From assembly GCA_963784135.1 (NCBI GenBank), contig CAWAQG010000005.1:46823-110822 (forward strand): a stretch of DNA of 64,000 nucleotides, in the 5' to 3' direction. Source of the DNA: Nitrospirota bacterium (GTDB lineage: Bacteria; Nitrospirota; Thermodesulfovibrionia; Thermodesulfovibrionales; Dissulfurispiraceae). Below the pieces are notes generated by a model. It was not told the origin of the DNA. It was given only the letters and a program-made list of their open reading frames with translations, and searched no databases. A program made the position numbers and the translations under genes. The stretch's first letter is position 1, and the number at the start of each line of letters is the position of its first letter. Shown here piece after piece: positions 35,958 to 44,535 of this stretch.

Positions 35958-38180
35958 GTGCAAAATTATGATGAATTGATTAATCAGTTATCGGACATCT
36001 GCGGTATCGTCCCCGAGTACTGGGACATTTTCGGCAACCGGCATATTGCCGCCATTGATACAAAAAAGGCCATCCTCAAGGCAATGAAGATAGACGTCGG
36101 CTCTGCCGAAAGCCTGGCGGCAGCGCTTGGCAAGGAGCAATGCAAGCCGTGGAGCAGTTTTATCGAACCTGTGAAGGTGCTGTCCGTCAATGCACAGCCT
36201 TTTACTATTGCCGCTTATGTCCCCGTAAATGAGGGCGAAGAACTCCGGCTGACTTTTTCATGTTCTCTGGAAAATGAGCACGGGCAGGTGGAAGAGCTGA
36301 CATTTGCCGGCGACGGCCTGGCGGTCAAAGACGAGCAGTGGATTGGCGGCGCCAGGTACGTCAAAGTCGATTTGACCGACAAGGGATCCAGAGATATCGG
36401 TTACTACCGGGCAACGGTCGTATGCAGGCATCCCGAAAATATTTTCCCGGGTGGAAGCACTGTGCTGGAGAAGACCTGCCGAATCATTATCACTCCCGAT
36501 GCCTGTTATATCCCTCCGGAGCTTGAAAGCGGCAGGACCTGGGGGCTCTCACTTAATCTCTATTCACTCCGCTCTTCCAGGAACTGGGGTGTCGGAGACT
36601 TTGCCGACCTTAAGACAATCATCAGGTTTACTGCTGCGCTTAAAAGCGGTTTTGTAGGTATAAACCCGCTGCATGCCATTCCCAATATAATGCCTTCCGG
36701 CATCAGCCCTTACTCACCCATCAGCAGATTTTATAAAAATTTCATATATCTCGATATGGATGCCCTCCCTGAAGTGAATACGTCCGAACGTGTAAAGGAA
36801 ACGATGAATTCCGATGCCTTCAAAAAAGAGCTGAGCGCCGCAATAAATGGAGACCTGGTCGAATACGAAAAGATCGCCATCCTGAAAAAGAGCGTACTCA
36901 GGCTTGCGTTTGATTTTTTCTATCACGGCGAATATGAAAGTGAGTCGCCCCGCAGTTGTGCGTTCAGGGAGTACATTGCAGAAGAGGGAGGGGCCCTTGA
37001 TTCATTTGCCCTGTTTTCGGCTCTATGGGAGCATATGAACAACATGCATAACGCCCCTGTATGGCAGAACTGGCCGGAGAAATTTCTCAATCCGATCAGC
37101 GAGGCGGTCCGGGAATTCAGGGCATCACATGAAAAAGAGCTGCTTTTCCATAAGTATGTGCAATGGCTTATAGATGAGCAGCACAGGGAGACGGCGGAAC
37201 TGGCTTTTAGTCTTGGAATGCCGATAGGTATATACCATGACCTCGCCATCGGCTCAATAGGCGGCGGCTGCAATTCGTGGAACCACCAGTGCATTACTGC
37301 GTGTGACATCGACGTCGGAGCACCGCCCGATGATTTCAACCCCAACGGACAAAACTGGAATTTTCCGCCTCTGATTTCCGGAAAACTTAAAGAGACCGGT
37401 TATGACTTTTTCATCCGGCTCATTGCAAAGAACATGAAATATAACGGCGCATTGAGAATTGACCATGCGCTCGGATTGTTCAGGCTTTTCTGGATACCGG
37501 GAGAGATGCCTGCTGAAAAGGGCGCTTATGTGACCTGTCCCGAAGAAGACCTTCTCAGAATAATTGCGCTTGAAAGCGTGAGGAACAAGACGATGGTGAT
37601 AGCAGAAGACCTCGGCACCGTGGGAGAAAACGTTCGTGAAGCTCTCCAGAGGTTCAGGATGCTTTCTTACCGGCTTTTCTATTTTGAAAGAAACTATCCT
37701 GATCCTTCATTCAGAAATCCTGAACAGTACCCTCCCATGGCGCTCTGCTCAATAACAACCCACGACCTGCCGACAGTGTACGGTTACTGGTCCGGCAGGG
37801 ACATCCGGGTCAAAAAGCAGTTGAACATGTACAACGGCAGCGAACTGATGCAGCGGAGCCTCAAAGACAGGGAGCGTGACAGGATGCTTATGCTCGACGC
37901 CCTTAAATCCCAGGGCATCGTTCCCGATAATTTTCGACTCGCGCCCGATATGTCGCCGGAATTATGTCTCGCCATCTATGAATACCTGGCACGCACCTCC
38001 TGCAAGCTTGTGGCAGTCAGTCTCGATGATGTCATAGGCACGGTCGACCAGCAGAATATACCGGGCATTACCGGATCATATCCCAACTGGATGCAGAAAA
38101 CTCCGGCAAGCCTTGAACAAATTGTCACTGATTGGCGGTTTTATGCGCTCTCTGATATGTTCCGCAAAAACAGCAGGTAA
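35958..38180 (+). CDS. malQ: 4-alpha-glucanotransferase (amylomaltase, GH77) with N-terminal extension
   Basis: GINPLH, SPYSP, LRIDHALGL and AEDLG catalytic-region blocks. Confidence 0.85.
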   Translation: MQNYDELINQLSDICGIVPEYWDIFGNRHIAAIDTKKAILKAMKIDVGSAESLAAALGKEQCKPWSSFIEPVKVLSVNAQPFTIAAYVPVNEGEELRLTFSCSLENEHGQVEELTFAGDGLAVKDEQWIGGARYVKVDLTDKGSRDIGYYRATVVCRHPENIFPGGSTVLEKTCRIIITPDACYIPPELESGRTWGLSLNLYSLRSSRNWGVGDFADLKTIIRFTAALKSGFVGINPLHAIPNIMPSGISPYSPISRFYKNFIYLDMDALPEVNTSERVKETMNSDAFKKELSAAINGDLVEYEKIAILKKSVLRLAFDFFYHGEYESESPRSCAFREYIAEEGGALDSFALFSALWEHMNNMHNAPVWQNWPEKFLNPISEAVREFRASHEKELLFHKYVQWLIDEQHRETAELAFSLGMPIGIYHDLAIGSIGGGCNSWNHQCITACDIDVGAPPDDFNPNGQNWNFPPLISGKLKETGYDFFIRLIAKNMKYNGALRIDHALGLFRLFWIPGEMPAEKGAYVTCPEEDLLRIIALESVRNKTMVIAEDLGTVGENVREALQRFRMLSYRLFYFERNYPDPSFRNPEQYPPMALCSITTHDLPTVYGYWSGRDIRVKKQLNMYNGSELMQRSLKDRERDRMLMLDALKSQGIVPDNFRLAPDMSPELCLAIYEYLARTSCKLVAVSLDDVIGTVDQQNIPGITGSYPNWMQKTPASLEQIVTDWRFYALSDMFRKNSR

Positions 38181-38207
38181 TGCTTAATTCATAATTCTTC
38201 ATACTGT

Positions 38208-38247
38208 TGTCATAATCCTGTAACGTTCGCTTTTGTAAACTTAACCT
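38208..38247 (+). promoter_or_regulatory. Pho-box-like array (11-bp phased): TGTCATA-atcc-TGTAACG-ttcg-CTTTTGT-aaac-TTAACCT
   Basis: The first two units match the E. coli Pho box CTGTCATAAAACTGTCAT at 13 of 18 positions. The array lies about 40 bp upstream of the 38288 gene. Confidence 0.55.
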
Positions 38248-38287
38248 CCGGGACAAAGCCATCCAATAAAAATTAAGGAGGAGCCAT

Positions 38288-38503
38288 ATGAAATGCAAGT
38301 ATTTGAATTTATTCAGGCTGTCCATGCTTGATTGGTCGATCACCTCATGCATGGCCAATGACAGGCCGTACACACCAAGCCTTTCCGAATTACATAATTA
38401 TTGTAAAGGCAAAGAATATACGAAGTGCCCTGTACTGCTGAAGATGGGTTGCGCAGAGAGTGATACCATCTGCACCGAAGTTGCTTTGGCCGAGCAGTGT
38501 TAA
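38288..38503 (+). CDS. Small Cys4-motif protein, family member A
   Basis: Strong SD (AAGGAGGAG). Cys at 3, 21, 39 and 47 gives the pattern C-K-Y-L ... C-x17-C-x7-C-P shared with four other ORFs in the window. Confidence 0.65.
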   Translation: MKCKYLNLFRLSMLDWSITSCMANDRPYTPSLSELHNYCKGKEYTKCPVLLKMGCAESDTICTEVALAEQC

Positions 38504-38545
38504 TAACAATCAGCGTTTTGTGAGCGCACCAGACGAAAAGGGGAG

Positions 38546-40396
38546 ATGTTAATTATGGCTATCCGGTTAAAATGGCAATTGAGTGGTAATGAGGAAAATT
38601 TTTACGTTGCTAACAATACCAACAAGGCATGCAGGCAGACTATTTTGGATTTGCTCGATCGTAATGCCCTCACTGTACATTTCCAGCCGATCTTTTCTTC
38701 AATTGAAGGAAAGGTTTTTGGATATGAAGCATTAACGAGGATCAAAGGAGAGCATCCTTTCGCTGATATCAGCGAACTGTTCCACAAAGCGGTCCTGACC
38801 AATACGATATCGACACTGGACATCCACTGCAGGGAAAATGCCATTAACCAGGCATCAGCTTTGGGATTAAACACAAAAGAATCTCATTTATTTATAAATG
38901 TATGCCCCGATACAATGATGGACACGGCCTACAGGGCAAGCATAACCGATGAACTGCTGGAGAGATCAGGCATACCGAAAGACCGTATAATTCTTGAAAT
39001 TACCGAAGAAAGCGCCATACATAACTATAATCTTTTCAAGGAATCCATTGAGTATTATCGGGGAAGAGGGTATAAGATAGCCATTGATGATTTTGGCGCG
39101 GGACACGGCGGCCTCAAGATGCTCTCAATTATCGAGCCCGATTTTGTCAAGATTGACCGGCATTTCATATCAAATATAGACAAGGCAATTGTAAAATTCA
39201 ACCTTGTTGATTCAATAGCTACTGCGTGCCATAGAATGGGCATAAAAGTAATTGCTGAGGGCATTGAACAGCAGGAAGAACTTGAGTCTATTCTCAATAT
39301 GGGCATTGAACTGCTTCAGGGATACTTGCTGCATAAGCCGTCTCCCATGTTCAACGGTGATCATGCCTGTATACCTAATTTACATAACAGGAAAAAAAAT
39401 AATATATCGGGCAGGGAGGAACAAAGTTTAATCGGCGAAGTAGCCAATTATGTGGAACCGATACACCCCGATTCATCTGTCATGACCGCATTCAACCGTT
39501 TCATCAAGGACCCGATACTCAGAGGGCTGCCTGCAGTGGATAATGAACAGGTGCTTGGGATGCTCCACAGGAACTGGTTTCTCGAGAACCAGATACTCGG
39601 CAGATGCGGCTACGGCTTTGCGCTGAATTCTTACAAGAACGTATCGAAGCTTATGGACCGCCAGTTCATGGTGGTTGAGTCGAACACGACGCTGGAAGAA
39701 GTGGCGCGCAGAATAAATGCCAGGAAGTCGGAATTCCTTTATGATGATATATGCATTACAAAAAACGGCAAATATTTCGGGACTGTGGCTATCAGCGCCC
39801 TTCTGGATGCGATGACAGAGAGGAGTCTTATTCTTGCAAAAGGGGCAAACCCGCTCTCCGGACTTCCCGGAAATGAATTTATACAGAGGGACATAGAGAA
39901 GAAATTGTCTCAAAACATGCATTTCGATGTTTGTTATGTGGATATCAACAATTTTAAACCGTATAATGACCATTACGGATTTGAAAGAGGTGATATTGTA
40001 ATTAAAAAACTTGCCCAGGTGCTGCAGGAAACTGTACAATCATTCGATACGGGAAGTTTTAATTTTGTCGGTCATATCGGTGGAGATGATTTTATTATCG
40101 TTACCCGGTCGCAGATTTCGATTCCGGTTTGTGAAAAGGTCATTTATCAATTTGAAGCAGAGTTGCCGGAACTGCATGGAGCTGAAGATTACAATAAGGG
40201 AGAATATCTTTCCAAGAACCGCAAAGGCGAGGAGGAAACATTCGGCCTTCTTTCCCTTTCAATAGGAATAGTCAGCACAGAGGTCTACAAGCTCGAGTCA
40301 TATGCCCAACTCGCCTCTATTGCAACAGAAGTCAAGAAGGCCGCAAAATTGCAGAGCGGTTCCTGGATAGAACGCGACAGGCGCAAGATGGGGTAA
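38546..40396 (+). CDS. EAL phosphodiesterase - CBS pair - degenerate GGDEF (GGDDF) signalling protein
   Basis: YEALTR, ILEITEE, DDFGAGHGG, KIDRHF and EGIEQQEE (intact EAL set); a central CBS-like region; a C-terminal cyclase fold with HIGGDDFIIV. Confidence 0.8.
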   Translation: MLIMAIRLKWQLSGNEENFYVANNTNKACRQTILDLLDRNALTVHFQPIFSSIEGKVFGYEALTRIKGEHPFADISELFHKAVLTNTISTLDIHCRENAINQASALGLNTKESHLFINVCPDTMMDTAYRASITDELLERSGIPKDRIILEITEESAIHNYNLFKESIEYYRGRGYKIAIDDFGAGHGGLKMLSIIEPDFVKIDRHFISNIDKAIVKFNLVDSIATACHRMGIKVIAEGIEQQEELESILNMGIELLQGYLLHKPSPMFNGDHACIPNLHNRKKNNISGREEQSLIGEVANYVEPIHPDSSVMTAFNRFIKDPILRGLPAVDNEQVLGMLHRNWFLENQILGRCGYGFALNSYKNVSKLMDRQFMVVESNTTLEEVARRINARKSEFLYDDICITKNGKYFGTVAISALLDAMTERSLILAKGANPLSGLPGNEFIQRDIEKKLSQNMHFDVCYVDINNFKPYNDHYGFERGDIVIKKLAQVLQETVQSFDTGSFNFVGHIGGDDFIIVTRSQISIPVCEKVIYQFEAELPELHGAEDYNKGEYLSKNRKGEEETFGLLSLSIGIVSTEVYKLESYAQLASIATEVKKAAKLQSGSWIERDRRKMG

Positions 40397-40417
40397 TAAA
40401 GGACTGAAACGGATTTC

Positions 40418-41659
40418 ATGAATAAAGGATTTCTTTGGGGTGTTGCTACATCCGCCTTTCAGCTTGAGGGCTCTCCGTATGCGGACTGGACCTCATGGGA
40501 CTCCATACTCAATGAAAAGCCAAATGTGACCAATCATTATGCGCTTTACAAAGAAGACTTGCTTCTGCTTAAAGACCTCGGCGTCAACTCCTATCGTTTT
40601 TCCATAGAGTGGAGCAGGATCCAGCCGAGAGAAAACACCTGGGACACCGCATCGCTGGCGCACTACCAGGAGATAGTCGATATCCTTATACAGAACAATA
40701 TCGAACCGATGGTCACACTAAACCATTTTACACACCCCCTGTGGTTTATCAAAAAATATCCCTGGCATGAGGACGCTTCGGTAGATAAGTTCTTAAAATT
40801 TATCGAGAGAGTGGTGGCAACTCTCAAGGGGGTCCGCTACTGGATAACATTCAATGAGCCCTATGTGCTCTTGTTGGGCGGTTATCTTGAAGGCTGCATG
40901 CCGCCCGGTATCCGCAATCCCTCGCTTGCCGTAAAAGCGCTGCAAAACATTCTTGTCTGCCACGGAAAGGCGTATGACCTTATTCATGAGCAGGCAAAAA
41001 AACACGGTATTACTCCGATGGTCAGCGTGGCGCATAATATGGCGGCCCTGGCGCCATGGAACCGGTTCAACCCGCTGGACAGGCTTCTCTCAAGAATAGC
41101 CAAGTACTTTTACAACCATTCTCTGCTCGATGCTTTTTTGACCGGCGTTCTGAAGATAAAGTTCCCCTTTAAAAACGAAATAAACATTCCGGTCCCCATT
41201 AAAAACAAGCTGGACTTCTTTGGGGTCAACTATTATACGCGTGTGCATATACGGTTTAACCCGTTTAAAAAGATGGGGATCGAACTGAGGAACAGGGACA
41301 TTGACGGTTATGGACTGACTGATATGGGATGGGAAATACATCCGCGCGGCCTTGAAAAGGTCCTGAGATATGCTTCAAAGCTTAATGTGCCTCTGATCAT
41401 CACCGAGAACGGTATCGCAACCCGTGACGGACAAAAAAAAATAAAATATATGAAAAGACACGTTGACGCGGTTGAAAAAAGCATCCAGGACGGTATCGAT
41501 GTCAGGGGCTATTTCTACTGGTCTCTGATCGATAACTACGAATGGCTGCAGGGACTCGATGCCAGGTTCGGCCTGTACCGGGTCGACTTCAACACAATGG
41601 AACGTAAACCGACTAATGCCGCGGCATATTACGCGTATATAATTAAAAGCCGGTCATAG
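40418..41659 (+). CDS. GH1 beta-glucosidase
   Basis: Acid/base ITFNEPY and nucleophile ITENG; YRFSIEWSRIQP block. Confidence 0.85.
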   Translation: MNKGFLWGVATSAFQLEGSPYADWTSWDSILNEKPNVTNHYALYKEDLLLLKDLGVNSYRFSIEWSRIQPRENTWDTASLAHYQEIVDILIQNNIEPMVTLNHFTHPLWFIKKYPWHEDASVDKFLKFIERVVATLKGVRYWITFNEPYVLLLGGYLEGCMPPGIRNPSLAVKALQNILVCHGKAYDLIHEQAKKHGITPMVSVAHNMAALAPWNRFNPLDRLLSRIAKYFYNHSLLDAFLTGVLKIKFPFKNEINIPVPIKNKLDFFGVNYYTRVHIRFNPFKKMGIELRNRDIDGYGLTDMGWEIHPRGLEKVLRYASKLNVPLIITENGIATRDGQKKIKYMKRHVDAVEKSIQDGIDVRGYFYWSLIDNYEWLQGLDARFGLYRVDFNTMERKPTNAAAYYAYIIKSRS

Positions 41660-41735
41660 GCCATAAGCTATGGCCTATAGGCAAAGAATTTTCTGTTTTT
41701 TTTGCCCATTGCCCATCGCCTATCGCCTATTGCCA
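41656..41735 (+). terminator. Compound hairpin/terminator made of GGC(C/T)AT-type units
   Basis: ATAGGCCATA-agc-TATGGCCTAT (10-bp perfect stem), then GGCAAA...TTTTTTTTGCC with a T run, then the C-rich repeats cattgcccatcgcctatcgcctattgcc. Confidence 0.65.
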
Positions 41736-41743
41736 TTGATTTT

Positions 41744-41794
41744 CGTAACATAATCTTAATCCGCCCTTAATAATGCTGTAACCAAAGTAATACT
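41744..41794 (+). promoter_or_regulatory. Pho-box-like array: CGTAACA-taat-CTTAATC-cgcc-CTTAATA-atgc-TGTAACC-aaag-TAATACT
   Basis: Five units at exact 11-bp phase, followed by TATTAT/TATATA. The ATG at 41807 follows 5-8 nt later with no SD. Confidence 0.55.
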
Positions 41795-41806
41795 ATTATA
41801 TACCTG

Positions 41807-42496
41807 ATGCTCTTGTGCGATTTTCATATCCACACCACCTACTCCGACGGTTCCGTGGAGTTGAGACGTACCATCGACCTTTTTGGACAAGCAGGATTTG
41901 ATGTTATTGCAATTACTGACCATGTGGTGAACGGCGACAACTCCATTGGAAAGTTTGCCCATCGCTTCAACCTGTCGGTAAGAGAAGACAATTTCGAGGA
42001 GTATATGGAACATATCAGGAAAGAGGCGGCAAGAGCATGGGACAAGTACGGGATGCTGGTGATCCCCGGAGTTGAAATCAGCAAAAATCATCTGTCTTCC
42101 GACAAATCCGCTCACTTGCTCCTTATTGATATAAAGGATTTTATTCCCGCATGCTGGAACTATGAGAAGATCTTTCTTGAGGCAAAGGAACAGGACGCAT
42201 TGATAGTGGCCTGCCACCCTCATTATATGTCGGACATGAGCCGCGACACGCTTTTCCTCTGGAACAACAGGGAGAAATATGCCAAATACATCGATGCATG
42301 GGAAGTAGCAAACAGAGACGACGTCTTCAATGTTATAAGCCTGAAGAAGTATCCCTATGTCGCTAATAGTGACTTCCATAAGGCACGCCACCTGTATTCG
42401 TGGAAAACGCTGCTTAATTGCGAGAAAGATACTGCAGCGGTAAAACAATGTATTAAACACAACAAAGGGGTCGCAATTACCCTTTTCAGAAACTGA
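41807..42496 (+). CDS. PHP-domain metal-dependent phosphoesterase
   Basis: N-terminal CDFHIHTTYSDG and later HP/H motifs (ACHPHY). Confidence 0.75.
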   Translation: MLLCDFHIHTTYSDGSVELRRTIDLFGQAGFDVIAITDHVVNGDNSIGKFAHRFNLSVREDNFEEYMEHIRKEAARAWDKYGMLVIPGVEISKNHLSSDKSAHLLLIDIKDFIPACWNYEKIFLEAKEQDALIVACHPHYMSDMSRDTLFLWNNREKYAKYIDAWEVANRDDVFNVISLKKYPYVANSDFHKARHLYSWKTLLNCEKDTAAVKQCIKHNKGVAITLFRN

Positions 42497-42517
42497 AGCA
42501 CTAATGGAGGGAGGGGT

Positions 42518-43744
42518 ATGGGAATATTCTGGATATTTGCTTCTCTTACTTTTTTAGGTCTTATTGCTTATGGCTTTCAAATATGGGCTGTACGCTCATA
42601 TCTTTCCACTCCCTGTAACTGCGGGGAAGGGCATGCCCTTCCCCGACTTTTTCCCCCAGTTTCGATTCTTAAACCGCTTAAGGGACTGGATGACAATCTG
42701 TACGACAACCTTCTCAGCTTCTGCAATCAGGACTATCCTGAATATGAGATTATATTCTCGCTCCAGAGTCATAATGATCCTGCCTATAAAGTTGCAAGGA
42801 AAATAAGAGAAAAATGCCCTGGCAGAAACATCACCATTATAGTTGAGGCATCCAATGCAGGTCTTAATCCGAAAGTCAATAATCTTCTGCCGGCATATAA
42901 AGCTTCAAGATATGAGTATATCCTTATCAGCGACAGCAATGTAATGGTTGATGAAAAGTATCTCAGGGAAATAACCTGTCAGATAGCGGACCCTGCTGCA
43001 GGCCATGAAATAGGATTAGTAAGCAATATTATAAAAGGTGTCGGCGGCCGTTCACTCGGGGCCGTATTTGAAAATCTGCACCTTAACTCCTTTGTTATGG
43101 GCAGCGTATGTTTTCTCGACAAGTTCCTGAAAATGCCCTGCGTGGTCGGGAAATCCATGCTGATGGGCAAAAAGGATTTGGAGGCAATCGGCGGGCTAAA
43201 AGCGGTAAAAAACATTCTTGCCGAGGATTATGTGCTTGGTGAAAGAATGCGCAAAAGCGGCAAAAAAGTAGTGCTGTCCAGCTATATGGTGCAGAATGTG
43301 AATGAATACTGGGGGATCAGGCGGTTCCTTAACCGTCATACGAGATGGGGCAAGCTCAGGTGGAAGCTCGGCGGCGGGAAATATATATTCGAATTGATCG
43401 GCAACCCCGTATTCATGTCGGCGCTTCCTATTGTATGCTGGCAATGCTCTAAATTGACCGTGACCTTTGCAATTCTCACCGCCCTTCTTAAGGTTGCCGG
43501 CGACTTCTATCTGGGCAGGAAGACGGGAACAGAACTGGACAATCCATTCCTTTACTTGCTTGCTCCGTTTAAAGACCTTCTTATCGGGCTCATATGGCCG
43601 GTGCCGCTTGTCAGCAATACTGTTGTTTGGAGAGGCAACCGGTATAGTATCGGCAAAAATTCTATACTCTCCCCCTGCCCTGAAACCGGTTTCTGGTCCC
43701 TGCGCTACAGGATTATAGATGCAATAAGGGAGAGATTTGCATAA
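42518..43744 (+). CDS. GT2/GT21 glycosyltransferase (ceramide glucosyltransferase / HpnI-like)
   Basis: N-terminal TM; SILKPLKGLD; ISDSN (D2); AEDY (D3); (Q/R)xxRW as RHTRWGKLRW; C-terminal TM helices. Confidence 0.7.
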   Translation: MGIFWIFASLTFLGLIAYGFQIWAVRSYLSTPCNCGEGHALPRLFPPVSILKPLKGLDDNLYDNLLSFCNQDYPEYEIIFSLQSHNDPAYKVARKIREKCPGRNITIIVEASNAGLNPKVNNLLPAYKASRYEYILISDSNVMVDEKYLREITCQIADPAAGHEIGLVSNIIKGVGGRSLGAVFENLHLNSFVMGSVCFLDKFLKMPCVVGKSMLMGKKDLEAIGGLKAVKNILAEDYVLGERMRKSGKKVVLSSYMVQNVNEYWGIRRFLNRHTRWGKLRWKLGGGKYIFELIGNPVFMSALPIVCWQCSKLTVTFAILTALLKVAGDFYLGRKTGTELDNPFLYLLAPFKDLLIGLIWPVPLVSNTVVWRGNRYSIGKNSILSPCPETGFWSLRYRIIDAIRERFA

Positions 43745-43759
43745 GGGAAGCGTGCAAAC

Positions 43760-43993
43760 ATGAATACATATATAACGCAGAGCGAAAGATGCCATACGGT
43801 TGTCGGCTGCGAGCATAGTTGTCCCTATTGTAATAACGAGAGCGGCATCTGTGCAGCCTCTTTGTCACAACTGGCAATCGATACCAGAAGAAGGTCCGGC
43901 TATTGCAATAATGAAAATTACGACAGTTGTCCGATGTTTTTGGCAAGGACCCTGCGAGGGGTCCCCAAAAAATCAAGGACTTTGGGGGAATAG
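43760..43993 (+). CDS. Small Cys4-motif protein, family member C
   Basis: The core pattern Cys are at residues 21, 31, 49 and 57 (C-P-Y-C...C-x17-C-x7-C-P); there are further Cys at 11, 17 and 24. It starts 13 nt after the GT21 stop. Confidence 0.6.
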   Translation: MNTYITQSERCHTVVGCEHSCPYCNNESGICAASLSQLAIDTRRRSGYCNNENYDSCPMFLARTLRGVPKKSRTLGE

Positions 43994-44008
43994 AAGGAGG
44001 TGGAAACT

Positions 44009-44176
44009 ATGTGTCCGGAGTTAAAAGAGGGTTCATGTGTGATAGCGGGTATTGAACCTGAAAAAGTAGCTTGTGCGGACACTCATTGCTGCAACAGCAA
44101 TGAGTGGGACAGGTGCAGAGTCTACATTTCACAATTTTTCCTGACCGGCGCCGGGGCATTCAGAGAGGTTGCATAA
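44009..44176 (+). CDS. Small Cys4-motif protein, family member D (55 aa; below the ORF-track cutoff)
   Basis: ATG at 44009 with AGGAGG 8 nt upstream. Translation: MCPELKEGSCVIAGIEPEKVACADTHCCNSNEWDRCRVYISQFFLTGAGAFREVA. Cys 2, 10, 28 and 36 give the same x17/x7 spacing. Confidence 0.55.
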   Translation: MCPELKEGSCVIAGIEPEKVACADTHCCNSNEWDRCRVYISQFFLTGAGAFREVA

Positions 44177-44181
44177 GACTT

Positions 44182-44221
44182 TGTTACAGTAATGTAACAT
44201 TCTTTTCATATTGCTGTAACA
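44182..44221 (+). promoter_or_regulatory. Pho-box-like array: TGTTACA-gtaa-TGTAACA-ttct-TTTCATA-ttgc-TGTAACA
   Basis: Four units at exact 11-bp phase, immediately upstream of the SD and start of member E. Confidence 0.55.
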
Positions 44222-44257
44222 TTGAGTTGTTATCATACAAAGGAGATGGAAAACAAA

Positions 44258-44479
44258 ATGTATATGGAAAGACTTACAATCTGTCCGCATCTTAAAGGAA
44301 GCCCGGTAGGCGCGGAGTGCCTTGTAGTGAACAAACTTGTCAAGGATATGCAGGATGTGGACATAAGAATATGCATGAGCAGGCGTCATGAAGCGTGTTC
44401 GGTCTATTTCTGCTCTCTGCAAATGGTCGAGGATGGCGGCGCCTATAAGCTTAAGTCGGTCCAGTGTTCCGGGATTTAA
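44258..44479 (+). CDS. Small Cys4-motif protein, family member E
   Basis: AAGGAG at 44240-44245 with in-frame ATGs at 44246, 44258 and 44264; I chose 44258. Cys 9 (C-P-H-L), 21, 39 and 47 relative to that start. Confidence 0.55.
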   Translation: MYMERLTICPHLKGSPVGAECLVVNKLVKDMQDVDIRICMSRRHEACSVYFCSLQMVEDGGAYKLKSVQCSGI

Positions 44480-44485
44480 CACGAA

Positions 44486-44514
44486 AGTAACAAAGCTGTC
44501 ATATTAGTGTAATA
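44486..44514 (+). promoter_or_regulatory. Pho-box-like array: AGTAACA-aagc-TGTCATA-ttag-TGTAATA
   Basis: Three phased units, then TAAAAT at 44524-44529. The GTG start at 44536 lies 7 nt downstream, giving a leaderless-type arrangement. Confidence 0.5.
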
Positions 44515-44535
44515 TTATTTGCTTAAAATGTACTT

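Noticed and set aside
41756-42460. A 234-aa minus-strand ORF and a 206-aa minus-strand ORF (43196-43816).
   Set aside because: They are antisense to the PHP and GT21 genes, which have diagnostic motifs on the plus strand.
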